64,000 nt of DNA, taken from contig CACDFZ010000003.1 of the NCBI GenBank assembly GCA_902552185.1, forward strand, positions 44,970-108,969, in the 5' to 3' direction. The position numbers and the translations under genes are program-made. The notes under the pieces were generated by a model. That model saw nothing but the letters and a program-made list of their open reading frames with translations, had not been told where the DNA came from and made no database searches. Position 1 is the stretch's first letter. The number at the start of each line of letters is the position of its first letter. The stretch comes from an uncultured Pelagibacteraceae bacterium (GTDB lineage Bacteria > Pseudomonadota > Alphaproteobacteria > Pelagibacterales > Pelagibacteraceae). This document shows positions 8,756 through 18,585 of this stretch, one piece after another.

Positions 8756-10024
8756 ATGATAAACAAATTTTTAAAGCTTACAATTACTTTATTTTTTACG
8801 TTTGCCATAAATTTTTCAGCAAATGCTGAAATTAAAGTTGTAGCTTCTATTAAACCTATACATTCATTGGCAAGCTATTTAATGGATGGTGTAGGTAAAC
8901 CAGATTTAATTGTAGATGGATATAATTCTCCTCATGGATTTGCATTAAAACCATCGCACGCTAAAATGTTACAAAATGCTGACCTAGTTTTTTGGGTTGG
9001 TGAAGACTTAGAAACTTTTTTAGAAAAACCATTAAAATCAGTAGCAAAAAAAGCTGAAAAAATAGAATTAATGGAAATTAAAGGATTAAAAAAATTAGAA
9101 TTTAGAGAAAGAAACATATTCGAAGGCCATGATGACCATGGACATGACGATCACAAAGAACACGGTCATAAAGAAGCTAAACATGACGATCACAAAGAAC
9201 ACGGTCATAAAGAAGCTAAACATGACGATCACAAAGAACACGGTCATAAAGAAGCTAAACATGACGATCACAAAGAACACGGTCATAAAGAAGCTAAACA
9301 TGACGATCACAAAGAACACGGTCATAAAGAAGCTAAACATGACGATCACAAAGAACACGGTCATAAAGAAGCTAAACATGACGATCACAAAGAACACGGT
9401 CATAAAGAAGCTAAACATGACGATCACAAAGAACACGGTCATAAAGAAGCTAAACATGACGATCACAAAGAACACGGTCATAAAGAGGATAAACACGATG
9501 ATCATCACGAGCATGCTCACGGTGAACATGATCCACATATTTGGCTTGACCCAATGAACGCGAAAGTAATTTTAAGTGAAATGGCAGAGCATCTAATTGA
9601 AAACGATCAAGAAAATGCATCAAAATATAAAGCTAATTTAAAAAAAGCACACAAAGAGTTAGACAAACTAACAAAAAAAGTTAAATCTGATTTAAATAAA
9701 GACTTTAGATCAATTGTTTTTCATGACGCCTACCAGTATTTCGAAAAAAGATTTGATGTTAATGTTTTAGGAGCTTTTACAGTAAATACAGATGTATTAC
9801 CTGGTGCAGAACAATTATCTGAGATAAGAGAAGTAATTGAACATGAAAAAGTAAGTTGTGTATTTTCTGAACCTCAATTTAACCCAGATATAATCAAAGC
9901 GGTAGCAAAAGATACAAATATTAAAACTGGAGTTATAGATCCTTTAGGAGCAACTCTAAATCCAGGAAAAAAATTGTATTTTGATTTGATCAGAAATATG
10001 TCTAAATCTTTCAAAGGTTGTTAA
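8756..10024 (+). CDS. znuA: zinc ABC transporter substrate-binding protein ZnuA with a very long His-rich loop
   Basis: VVASIKPIHSL, SPHGFALKPS, DPHIWLDP, VFHDAYQYFE and CVFSEPQF motifs; the ATG at 8756 is preferred because the one at 8738 lies inside the Zur box. Confidence 0.92.
   Translation: MINKFLKLTITLFFTFAINFSANAEIKVVASIKPIHSLASYLMDGVGKPDLIVDGYNSPHGFALKPSHAKMLQNADLVFWVGEDLETFLEKPLKSVAKKAEKIELMEIKGLKKLEFRERNIFEGHDDHGHDDHKEHGHKEAKHDDHKEHGHKEAKHDDHKEHGHKEAKHDDHKEHGHKEAKHDDHKEHGHKEAKHDDHKEHGHKEAKHDDHKEHGHKEAKHDDHKEHGHKEAKHDDHKEHGHKEDKHDDHHEHAHGEHDPHIWLDPMNAKVILSEMAEHLIENDQENASKYKANLKKAHKELDKLTKKVKSDLNKDFRSIVFHDAYQYFEKRFDVNVLGAFTVNTDVLPGAEQLSEIREVIEHEKVSCVFSEPQFNPDIIKAVAKDTNIKTGVIDPLGATLNPGKKLYFDLIRNMSKSFKGC
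9143..9493 (+). repeat. 39-bp coding tandem repeat (HDDHKEHGHKEAK), 8 perfect copies plus 1 variant
   Basis: Unit catgacgatcacaaagaacacggtcataaagaagctaaa starts at 9143, 9182, 9221, 9260, 9299, 9338, 9377, 9416 and 9455 (last copy encodes ...KEDK). Confidence 0.97.
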
Positions 10025-10041
10025 GATTAATAATTTTAACA

Positions 10042-11262
10042 TTAGCTAAAATTTTTGTTATCTTCATTAATAGCTTCTTTAAGTCTTTTCAAATAATCGG
10101 GAATAGCACTTTTAACTCTGCTCCATGTAGGTATGAACGGCGTATCCATAGGGCTTTTTAAAAAAGAATCGCCGGCCTTCATTATGTTTAAAGCAAATAA
10201 TTCGACTGTTTTTTCCTCAGTATGAGAATCAAATTTAAAACCATTCATTTCAGCATCGCTTCTATAGATGTCAATTAAATCTAATGCATATCGATAATAT
10301 GTAGCTTTTAATGATCTAAAAGTTTCAGGGCTAAAAGTATTTCCTTGTGTTGCTAGTTTTCTAATTAAAGTTTTAATAATATCTAAAGACATTCTTGATA
10401 GTCCTTTGTTTTCATTATTTGCTGATAAGTCCTGATGTTTATGATCATATTTGTCAGCTAAATCAACCTGGCAAATATTTTGGGGAGAAAAATTTCTTTG
10501 CATTTCTGACAGAATACCAACTTCAATACCCCAGTCTGATGATATTCTAAGCTCTGGTAAAACATTTCTTCTAAATGAAAACTCGCCTGCAAGAGGGTAT
10601 TTGAATGATTTCATAAATTCTAAATAATCACTTCTTCCAATAGTTTTTTCTAAAGCAGTTAATAAAGGAAACACAAGTAATCTTGCGACTCGACCATTCA
10701 TTTTCCCATTAGCTATTCTTGGGTAATATCCCTTACAAAACTCAAAGTTAAAAAAAGGATTTACAACAGGATAAAATAATTTTGCTAGCATTCTTCTATC
10801 ATAAGTTTTAATATCACAATCGTGAAGAGCAACAGATCTAGCTTCATCTCTTGCAATACACATGCCAAGACAATACCAAACATTTCTACCTTTTCCCTTC
10901 TCGCTCGGTGCTAAACCTTTCTCTTTAAGTTCTTCATGTAATTTTTTTAATTTAGGTCCATCATTCCATAAAATTGTAAAAGGTGTATTTAAACTTTTAA
11001 AAAATTTCCAAGCCTTGATAGCCTCTGATTTTGTAGCCTTATCTAAACCAATAATGATATGGTTAAGATATTTTGTTTCTCCAATTTGTTTTACAATATT
11101 AGGTAATGCATCTCCTTTTAGTTCAGAATATAGACTTGGTAAAATTAATTCCATTTTTCTTTCTTTGGAAAATTTTAATAGTTCTTTTTCTATATCAGCT
11201 GTAGTTTTAGTCCCAAAATCGTGGAGATTTGAAATTATTCCATTTTGAGAAAAGTCACCCAT
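10042..11262 (-). CDS. gpgS: glucosyl-3-phosphoglycerate synthase (GpgS-type glycosyltransferase)
   Basis: MGDFSQNG start, GKGRNVW, ALHDCDI, CKGYY, YPLAGEF, WGIEVG and YDHKHQ motifs; next to an MPGP/GpgP phosphatase. Confidence 0.8.
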   Translation of the reverse strand: MGDFSQNGIISNLHDFGTKTTADIEKELLKFSKERKMELILPSLYSELKGDALPNIVKQIGETKYLNHIIIGLDKATKSEAIKAWKFFKSLNTPFTILWNDGPKLKKLHEELKEKGLAPSEKGKGRNVWYCLGMCIARDEARSVALHDCDIKTYDRRMLAKLFYPVVNPFFNFEFCKGYYPRIANGKMNGRVARLLVFPLLTALEKTIGRSDYLEFMKSFKYPLAGEFSFRRNVLPELRISSDWGIEVGILSEMQRNFSPQNICQVDLADKYDHKHQDLSANNENKGLSRMSLDIIKTLIRKLATQGNTFSPETFRSLKATYYRYALDLIDIYRSDAEMNGFKFDSHTEEKTVELFALNIMKAGDSFLKSPMDTPFIPTWSRVKSAIPDYLKRLKEAINEDNKNFS

Positions 11263-11279
11263 AACAAAACTTATTCCTT

Positions 11280-12080
11280 TTATTTTATTTTTTCTAGTGC
11301 CAATTTGACAACCTCAACCCAACCCTCAGGTGCAGTTTGTTTTGATATTATCAAATTTTTAATTTGTAGATCTTTATTTATAAATTTATCATTTTTTACC
11401 AAACAAGCTATATCTGAATTTTTTAGCATTTCTAGGTCATTATGATTATCGCCTATTGCTATAGTTTTTGGTTTAGATTTATATTTATTTTCAAGCATAA
11501 AAATTATTTTCTTCATGGCATCAGCTTTATTAACTCTATCACCTAAATTTAAAACCCTTCCACCATCTTTGAAATCTAAACCGATTTCTAATAAAATATT
11601 TTTTAAACGTAATTTTTCCTTGTTATTTCCCTCAAATTTTATCGGTATTGTACATGTTCTCTTAAATACCTGCTTAAGCTTATTTTCTGGTAAACCAAAT
11701 ATTTGAATTTGTTCTTGCGTTGTTAGATTTGAAATAACTCTACATTTGGATTTTAAATCTTGATTTATATTTTTATTAAAAATATTTTGAATTTCATAAA
11801 CATTTTTAGCTAGAATAATTTTGTTTGGGAATTCGCTACTTAAAAAATTTAGGTTATGAATAATTGATCCATTTTCACTGATAAATGGAAATTTAAAGTT
11901 GGCTTCATTATTAAATTCTTTTATTTCATCCTCGGTTTTACTAGAATTCGGTATAATTATAATATTTTTGTTTTTTAACTCTTTTAGGAAAATTTTAATA
12001 CTGTCGAACTTAAAAGTATCTCTATTTAAAAGTGTTCCATCTAAATCGGTAAATATTAAAATGGAAGAATTTGAATACAT
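11280..12080 (-). CDS. gpgP: glucosyl/mannosyl-3-phosphoglycerate phosphatase (HAD-IIB, GpgP/YedP)
   Basis: FTDLDGTLL, NSSKT, FISENGS and GDNHNDLEML motifs. Confidence 0.8.
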   Translation of the reverse strand: MYSNSSILIFTDLDGTLLNRDTFKFDSIKIFLKELKNKNIIIIPNSSKTEDEIKEFNNEANFKFPFISENGSIIHNLNFLSSEFPNKIILAKNVYEIQNIFNKNINQDLKSKCRVISNLTTQEQIQIFGLPENKLKQVFKRTCTIPIKFEGNNKEKLRLKNILLEIGLDFKDGGRVLNLGDRVNKADAMKKIIFMLENKYKSKPKTIAIGDNHNDLEMLKNSDIACLVKNDKFINKDLQIKNLIISKQTAPEGWVEVVKLALEKIK

Positions 12081-12108
12081 TTAAACTTTTAACACAAAAA
12101 TAGTAAGA

Positions 12109-13551
12109 TTATACTTCAATAACTAAAGTATCTTTTGAACCACCGCCTTGTGAACTATTAACTATAGTGCTTCCTTTTCGAAGAGCTACTCTAGTAAGGC
12201 CACCAGTTGTAACCCATGAAGTTTTGCCACTAAGAACGAAAGGTCTTAAATCAAGATGTCTTGGTTCAATTGAGTTTTCTGAAATTGTAGGAGTTGTTGA
12301 CAAAACTTCAAGGGGTTGGGCAATGTAACCTTTTGGATCTTTATTAATCTTATTTATAAAATCGTTTTTTTCTTTTGTTGAAGCTTTGGGTCCTATCATA
12401 ATACCATTTCCTCCAGATCCATTAGTTGGTTTTACTACTAGTTCTGAAATATTCTCTAAAACATGCTCTCTTTCTATTTTGTTTCTACATAAAAAAGTTT
12501 CAACTTGATTAATTTTTGGCTCCTCATTTAAATAAAATTTTATCATTTCACCAACATATGAATAAATAGCTTTATCGTCCGCAATTCCTGTTCCAGGTGC
12601 GTTGACTATTCCTACGTTTCCTTTAATCCAAGATTTGAATAGACCGGCAACACCTAAAAGTGACTTCTTATAAAAAGTTTTTGGATCTAGAAAATTGTCA
12701 TCTATTCTTCTATAAATACAATCTACCTTTAACGGACCTTTAACCGTTTTCATGTAAACATAATCTTTTTCAACGAATAAATCTTTACCTTCAACTAAAG
12801 CTATACCCATTTGATCAGCTAAAAATTCATGTTCAAAATAAGCCGAGTTATATATACCTGGTGTAAGTAAAACCATATGTGGATTTTTAGTTTTTTTTGG
12901 TACGCATTCTTGCATACAGTTATAAAGTTTATTTGGATATTGATGAATTGAAGATACCTTGTATCTTGTAAATAATTCTGGAAAAACATCTCTCATCACC
13001 ATACGATTTTCAAGCATGTAAGATACACCTGATGGAACTCTTAGATTATCCTCTAAAACTAAAAACTCTCCGTCTTTATTTTTAATTAAGTCAACACCTG
13101 ATATATTAGACCAAGCTTTGTGCTTAGGTGAAAATCCTTCACATTGCTTTAAATAATAAGGAGATTTGAAAACCAATTCCTCAGGAATTAATTTTTCCTT
13201 AAAGATTTTTTTTTCATTATACACATCATCTATAAAAAGATTGAGCGCTTTGACTCTTTGTAATAATCCCTTTGAAACTTTATTCCATTCTTTTTTTTCT
13301 ATAATTCTTGGGATAATATCTAAAGGCCATTTTTTTTCGTCTTGTCTTTTATCAGCAGAATAAACTTTAAAATTAATACCTCTGGCATTAATAGTGCTTT
13401 GACAGTTTTTCTCAATTTCATTTAATTTTTTTATTCCATATCTTTCTAGGATGCCTGATATAGTTTTAGCTTGTTTTCTAAGCTTATTATCTAAGTTAAA
13501 ATACTCATCATAAGACTTGCTAGAGTTATATTTTTTCCATATATCAACCAT
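12109..13551 (-). CDS. circularly permuted type-2 ATP-grasp peptide ligase
   Basis: LDIIPRII, VLEDNLRVPSGVSYMLENR, NSAYFEH, YRRIDD, DLRPF and GGLTRVAL..GSTIVNSSQGGGSKDT motifs. Confidence 0.9.
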   Translation of the reverse strand: MVDIWKKYNSSKSYDEYFNLDNKLRKQAKTISGILERYGIKKLNEIEKNCQSTINARGINFKVYSADKRQDEKKWPLDIIPRIIEKKEWNKVSKGLLQRVKALNLFIDDVYNEKKIFKEKLIPEELVFKSPYYLKQCEGFSPKHKAWSNISGVDLIKNKDGEFLVLEDNLRVPSGVSYMLENRMVMRDVFPELFTRYKVSSIHQYPNKLYNCMQECVPKKTKNPHMVLLTPGIYNSAYFEHEFLADQMGIALVEGKDLFVEKDYVYMKTVKGPLKVDCIYRRIDDNFLDPKTFYKKSLLGVAGLFKSWIKGNVGIVNAPGTGIADDKAIYSYVGEMIKFYLNEEPKINQVETFLCRNKIEREHVLENISELVVKPTNGSGGNGIMIGPKASTKEKNDFINKINKDPKGYIAQPLEVLSTTPTISENSIEPRHLDLRPFVLSGKTSWVTTGGLTRVALRKGSTIVNSSQGGGSKDTLVIEV

Positions 13552-13658
13552 AAGTTAAAATTATTAATTATTTAGACAATTAATCAAATGCAAGAAATAG
13601 ATGTCTGGCATGTGTAATTTGGGTTATCTATAATAGATTAAATATTTTAACATTAATT

Positions 13659-14384
13659 ATGACTTATTGTGTTGGTATAAAAACAAACGAAGGCGTAGTT
13701 TTGGCATCGGACTCAAGAACTAATGCTGGATTAGATAACGTCAATATTTACTCTAAGATGTTGACTTATGATGTAGGAGATAGAACAATAATTATAGTAA
13801 CATCTGGAAATTTAGCTACCTCTCAAGCAGTTTTTAAATCATTAGAAAAAGATATAAAAAATAAAGATAGCTCGTTAAGTTTAAATACTTGTAAAGATTT
13901 TGAACAAATTGCATCATATATTGGAAAACTCAATGTTAAACACTCGTCCCCTGATGGAGTAAATACAGACAGTTTAGTATTGGGATCTACTTTTATTATT
14001 GGAGGACAGATAAGAGGACAACAACTAGAACTGTACATGGTTTATCCTCAAGGCAACTATATTAGACCTGCTGATAGTAAGCCTTACTTAGTAATAGGTG
14101 AAGTTAAATACGGAAAACCAATTTTAGATAGAGTAATTACTCCAAGTGTTTCTATTGGAGATGCATCAAGGTGTGCATTAATTTCTATGGACTCAACTCT
14201 TAAAAGTGATCTTACAGTTGGACCGCCTATTGATATAGCTGTTTATAAAAAAGATGAAAAAAAAATGTGCTATTTAAAATGTCTGAATACTGCTGATGAT
14301 GATTATGCAAAAGTTTGCAACCAATGGTCAGATAAAGTTTTACAAGTTTTTGACACTTTCCCAAAATTTGATTGGGAAAAATAA
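13659..14384 (+). CDS. Anbu-type proteasome-like Ntn peptidase
   Basis: N-terminal (M)TYCVG, ASDSRTNAGLD, SGNLATSQ, YPQGN, IGEVKYGKPILDR and SMDSTLKSDLTVGPP motifs. Confidence 0.9.
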   Translation: MTYCVGIKTNEGVVLASDSRTNAGLDNVNIYSKMLTYDVGDRTIIIVTSGNLATSQAVFKSLEKDIKNKDSSLSLNTCKDFEQIASYIGKLNVKHSSPDGVNTDSLVLGSTFIIGGQIRGQQLELYMVYPQGNYIRPADSKPYLVIGEVKYGKPILDRVITPSVSIGDASRCALISMDSTLKSDLTVGPPIDIAVYKKDEKKMCYLKCLNTADDDYAKVCNQWSDKVLQVFDTFPKFDWEK

Positions 14385-14395
14385 TTTCATATTTA

Positions 14396-14812
14396 TCAAT
14401 TTCCAATAAAATGAAAATTAATTTTTCTTATATGCTTTTCAATTCTATGTTCAAATAAGTATAATCCCTGCCATGTACCTAAAATTAAATCATTATTTTT
14501 TATTGATAAAGAAAGATGAGTTGAGGTTAAAATAGTTTTTAGATGTGCTGGCATATCATCTTTTCCTTCAGTGTCATGAATATAGCTTCGGTCCATAGGT
14601 ACTAATTTATTAAAAAAACTTAAAATATCTTTTTGAACATCAGGGTCAGCATTTTCTTGTATAATTAATGAAGCGCTAGTGTGTAAAATGCTCAAATTAA
14701 TAATGCCATTGAAAAATTCATTTTTTTTAATCCATTTTTTTACGTCAGATGTAAAATCGTAAAGTTTCTGTCCATTAGTATTAATTTCTATTTCATGAAA
14801 GACTTGTTTCAT
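14396..14812 (-). CDS. yjbQ: YjbQ / UPF0047 family protein
   Basis: HTSASLIIQENADPDV, EGKDDMPAH and LGTWQG motifs. Confidence 0.88.
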   Translation of the reverse strand: MKQVFHEIEINTNGQKLYDFTSDVKKWIKKNEFFNGIINLSILHTSASLIIQENADPDVQKDILSFFNKLVPMDRSYIHDTEGKDDMPAHLKTILTSTHLSLSIKNNDLILGTWQGLYLFEHRIEKHIRKINFHFIGN

Positions 14813-14851
14813 TTAAAAAAATTGATGATAATGTAAATAATTCTTAAAACA

Positions 14852-16264
14852 ATGGAAAAAAAAGCAAAAATTATAGCTACTATAGGACCATCCATAAGCT
14901 CATTAAGCACCCTAAGAAAGATCATTGGTTTAGGTGTAGATGCTTTTAGAATTAATTTTAGTCATGATTTAACAAATATTAAAAAAATTATTCAGCAAAT
15001 AAGAAGCTTAGAAAAGAAAACATCAAAAAATGTATCTATTATAGGTGATTTGCAAGGAGTTAAAATCCGTATTGGAAGATTTAAGAAAAAAAATCAAGTT
15101 ATCAAAAAAAATCAATTTTTTACTTTCGATTTAAAAAATAAACTTGGTGATAAAAACAGAGTAACATTGCCTTATCCAAAATTACTTAAAAAGATAAAAA
15201 AAAACCATATTATCCTAGTTGATGATGGAAAATATGCTTTTAAGGTTATAAAAAGAAATTCTTTATCAGTTATAACAAAAAATTTAAGTCAGGACTTTAC
15301 TATAAGTGATATGAAAAGTGTTCATATTAAAAATCTATCAATTCCTTTTAATAATTTTACTAAAAAAGATAAATTAGATATTAAACTTGCTAAAAAACTT
15401 GGTTGTGAATGGGTTGCTTTATCTTATGTTGAAAACGCAAAATTAATTTACAAGGCGAAAAAATTATTGGGAAAAAATATTGGTATAATTTCAAAAATTG
15501 AAAATAAATTAGCAGTAAAAAATATTGACGAAATTATTACAGCTTCGGATGCGATTATGGTAGCAAGGGGAGATTTGGCCTTAGATGTAGGCCATAGTGA
15601 AGTTCCAAAAATACAGTTGGGTATAATAAAAAAATGTAATAACAATTCTAAACCAGTCATAGTGGCAACACAGATGCTTGAAAGTATGATAAATAATTTT
15701 ACAGCAACCAGGGCAGAAATAAATGATATTGCTACTGCAATATTTCAGGGTGCTGATACAGTAATGCTGTCTGCTGAAACAGCAGTAGGCAAATATCCAG
15801 TGCAAGCAGTAAAAACAATGTTTAAAACAATTGTTTCAACGGAAGCATATAAAAAAGAACACATTGAAGATTTTAAGAGTTCTATTAAAGTTAAGAGAGA
15901 CCCTATTAAATCAATTGTATTATCTGTAAAAGATCTTGCTTACAACCCATCTGTAAAAGCAATAATTGCTTTTTCTAATTCTGGTACTACCGCAAAATTA
16001 GTATCAGCAGTAAGGCCTAGAGTTAAAATTATAACTATATCTCCAAATATAATAGTAAGTAGACAAATGTCTTTATTGTGGGGTGTTCAATCTATAAAAA
16101 GTAAAGATGCTAGTGGTTGGAAAGATATGATAAATATATCGCGGCAAATAATTAAAAAAGATAAATCTATTAAAAAAAATGATTTTGTGATTATCACTGC
16201 GGGTTTGCCTTTTGGTAATGCGACTATGACTAATATGATAAGACTCTATAAGGTTGGTTCATAA
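14852..16264 (+). CDS. pyk: pyruvate kinase
   Basis: KIIATIGP, RINFSH, KIEN, MVARGDL, ATQMLESM, TRAE and MLSAETAVG motifs. Confidence 0.93.
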   Translation: MEKKAKIIATIGPSISSLSTLRKIIGLGVDAFRINFSHDLTNIKKIIQQIRSLEKKTSKNVSIIGDLQGVKIRIGRFKKKNQVIKKNQFFTFDLKNKLGDKNRVTLPYPKLLKKIKKNHIILVDDGKYAFKVIKRNSLSVITKNLSQDFTISDMKSVHIKNLSIPFNNFTKKDKLDIKLAKKLGCEWVALSYVENAKLIYKAKKLLGKNIGIISKIENKLAVKNIDEIITASDAIMVARGDLALDVGHSEVPKIQLGIIKKCNNNSKPVIVATQMLESMINNFTATRAEINDIATAIFQGADTVMLSAETAVGKYPVQAVKTMFKTIVSTEAYKKEHIEDFKSSIKVKRDPIKSIVLSVKDLAYNPSVKAIIAFSNSGTTAKLVSAVRPRVKIITISPNIIVSRQMSLLWGVQSIKSKDASGWKDMINISRQIIKKDKSIKKNDFVIITAGLPFGNATMTNMIRLYKVGS

Positions 16265-16425
16265 TGGAAGAAAAATATTCTATTAATGAAATTTTAAATG
16301 CTGTAAATGAAATTAATGAAGTTAAGGTCAATACTCAAATTGAAGTGAAAAAAAAAGTCGATAATAACGATATACCCACAAATACTCTTAAGTTAATTGA
16401 ACAAGCAGAAAAATCAAAAGGCTAA
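16264..16425 (+). CDS. small hypothetical protein, 53 aa (MEEKYSINEILNAVNEINEVKVNTQIEVKKKVDNNDIPTNTLKLIEQAEKSKG)
   Basis: TAATG overlap with the pyk stop; fills the gap to the convergent gap gene. Confidence 0.65.
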   Translation: MEEKYSINEILNAVNEINEVKVNTQIEVKKKVDNNDIPTNTLKLIEQAEKSKG

Positions 16426-17426
16426 ATCAATCCTGCAATTTGAATTGAAGTATCACACATTCTGTTTGAAAAACCCCACTCATTGTCATACCAAGATAAT
16501 ACTCTACTAAACTTTCCCTTAATAACCTGAGTCTGCGTTAAATCAAAAATTGAACTATGCGGGTTATGATTAAAATCTTTGGAAACTAAAGGAGCTGAGT
16601 TAGTTGCTAATATTCCTTTTAAAGGTCCCTTAGCTGCTTTACTCATGGCATCATTTATGCTTTCAGCCGTTACTTCTTTATTAGGCACGAATGTAAGATC
16701 AATTAAAGAAACATTAGGTGTTGGTACTCTAATTGCCGTTCCGTCTAGTTTTCCTTTTAAGCTAGGTAATACCAAACTCATAGCTTTAGCTGCTCCAGTA
16801 GAAGTTGGTATCATGGCGTCACCTGACGCTCTTGCTCTTCTCAAGTCTTTATGAAGTGTATCTAAAAGTTTTTGATCTCCTGTGTAACTATGAATAGTAG
16901 TCATATATCCATATTCAATACCAAAAGTATTTTCTAAAACCATAGCAACTGGTGCTAAACAGTTTGTAGTACAAGAGCCATTAGAAATTATATTATGTTC
17001 TTTTTTCAAATCTTTGCTGTTTACTCCTTGAACAACAGTAAAATCTACTTCCTTTGCTGGAGCTGAAATTATTACTTTTTTAGCGCCAGCCTCTATATGT
17101 TTACCAGCCGATTTTTTATCTAAAAAGAAACCTGTGCATTCTAAAACTACATCTGCTCCAATTTTCCCCCAAGGTAATTTGGCTGGATCTCTTTCAGCAA
17201 AAACTTTGATATTTTGATCTCCTATTTGAAAACCATCTTTGGTAGTTTTTACATCATGGTTTAATGTTCCATGTGTACTGTCAAATTTTATAAGATGAGC
17301 GTTAGCTTCTATGGAACCAAGATCATTAATACCTACAACTTGAATTTTTCCTTTATAATTTTCTAATAAAGCTCTTAAGATAAGCCGCCCTATTCTACCA
17401 AAACCATTAATTCCTACTTTAACCAT
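16422..17426 (-). CDS. gap: type I glyceraldehyde-3-phosphate dehydrogenase
   Basis: GINGFGRIGR, SNGSCTTNCLAP, IPTSTGAAKA and WYDNEWGFS motifs. Confidence 0.96.
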   Translation of the reverse strand: MVKVGINGFGRIGRLILRALLENYKGKIQVVGINDLGSIEANAHLIKFDSTHGTLNHDVKTTKDGFQIGDQNIKVFAERDPAKLPWGKIGADVVLECTGFFLDKKSAGKHIEAGAKKVIISAPAKEVDFTVVQGVNSKDLKKEHNIISNGSCTTNCLAPVAMVLENTFGIEYGYMTTIHSYTGDQKLLDTLHKDLRRARASGDAMIPTSTGAAKAMSLVLPSLKGKLDGTAIRVPTPNVSLIDLTFVPNKEVTAESINDAMSKAAKGPLKGILATNSAPLVSKDFNHNPHSSIFDLTQTQVIKGKFSRVLSWYDNEWGFSNRMCDTSIQIAGLI

Positions 17427-17431
17427 ATGTG

Positions 17432-17785
17432 TTATACGTATTTAAATACAACAATAAAATAAGCAACGCAAATAATTGATGCTATCCACAAGAGACTGCC
17501 TACTAAACCTAACCAAGCTAAATGAATAAACGCACTACCCAACAAAGATACAAATAGTCTATCACCTCTAGTTGTATCTAAACCTAAAATACCTTTTCTT
17601 GGAGAACCTCCAGGTACTTTTTTTTCCCAAATAAGCATTATCATTATACATAAGGCTATAAAAATAAAAAAAGCAGCTGTTTGCCATGTCCAGGCCATCC
17701 ATGAAAATAAATCAAAGTCAAAAAAGCCTTTTTCTTTTGCTTTACCCACATCGCCCCAAGTAGCTGCGTATAATTTTGTAAACAT
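17432..17785 (-). CDS. small membrane subunit of the glycerol ABC transporter (DUF2160/GlpU-like)
   Basis: WMAWTWQTA and TTRGDRLFVSLLGSAFIHLAW motifs; last gene of the ABC operon. Confidence 0.8.
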   Translation of the reverse strand: MFTKLYAATWGDVGKAKEKGFFDFDLFSWMAWTWQTAAFFIFIALCIMIMLIWEKKVPGGSPRKGILGLDTTRGDRLFVSLLGSAFIHLAWLGLVGSLLWIASIICVAYFIVVFKYV

Positions 17786-18585
17786 TAAACCCTTCCCATC
17801 GCAAATCCTTTTGCAATATAATTTTTAACAAAGTAAATTACAATTGCTCCAGGAATGATTGTTAATGTTCCTGCTGCAGCTAATAAACCAAGTTCATATC
17901 CCGAGGTACTAGCAGTTCTAGTCATAGTAGCTGCTATTGGTTTTGCTGCAGTAGCTGTTAATGTTTTGGCTAATAAAAGCTCTACCCATGAGAACATAAA
18001 GCAGAAAAACATGGTTATACCTATTCCAGCTGCAATAGTTGGAACAAATATTTTAAAGAAAAACCTACCAAAAGAATACCCATCTACGTAAGCTGTTTCA
18101 TCTAATTCTTTAGGAACAGCAGACATAAATCCTTCTAATATCCAAACTGCAAGAGGAATATTAAACAAACAGTGAGACAGTGCTACGGCTATATGAGTAT
18201 CAAACAAGTTTACAGATGAATAAAACTGGAAAAATGGTAAAGCAAAAACAGCTGGTGGAGCCATTCTATTTGTTAATAACCAAAAGAACAAATGCTTGTC
18301 ACCTAAAAATTTATATCTAGAAAACGCATAAGCTGCTGGTAAAGCTGCTGCAACAGAAATAACGGTGTTGAATACTGTATAGGTAATTGAATTAATGTAA
18401 CCCATATACCAGGTACTATCTGTAAAAATTTTTACATAATTTTCTGTTGTAAATTTTTGTGGCCACAACGAGTAGGTATTTATAATTTCAGTAGTTGTTT
18501 TAAATGACATATTTATTAACCAATAAATCGGTAGCATTAAAAAAATTATATATAATGTAGGTACTAACCATTTATATTTTTTCAT
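17785..18585 (-). CDS. glycerol ABC transporter permease
   Basis: WLLTNRMAPPAVF and ELDETAYVDG (EAA loop); operon context with glpK. Confidence 0.85.
   Translation of the reverse strand: MKKYKWLVPTLYIIFLMLPIYWLINMSFKTTTEIINTYSLWPQKFTTENYVKIFTDSTWYMGYINSITYTVFNTVISVAAALPAAYAFSRYKFLGDKHLFFWLLTNRMAPPAVFALPFFQFYSSVNLFDTHIAVALSHCLFNIPLAVWILEGFMSAVPKELDETAYVDGYSFGRFFFKIFVPTIAAGIGITMFFCFMFSWVELLLAKTLTATAAKPIAATMTRTASTSGYELGLLAAAGTLTIIPGAIVIYFVKNYIAKGFAMGRV

Noticed and set aside
9095-9557. Alternative-frame ORFs 9095..9538 (-) and 9129..9557 (+), and a possible CRISPR reading of the repeat
   Set aside because: They are by-products of the stop-free 39-bp coding repeat in znuA; the units are contiguous with no spacers and no cas genes are present
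13604-13625. TGGCA in the ATP-grasp/Anbu spacer as a sigma-54 promoter
   Set aside because: No TTGC at the required -12 spacing
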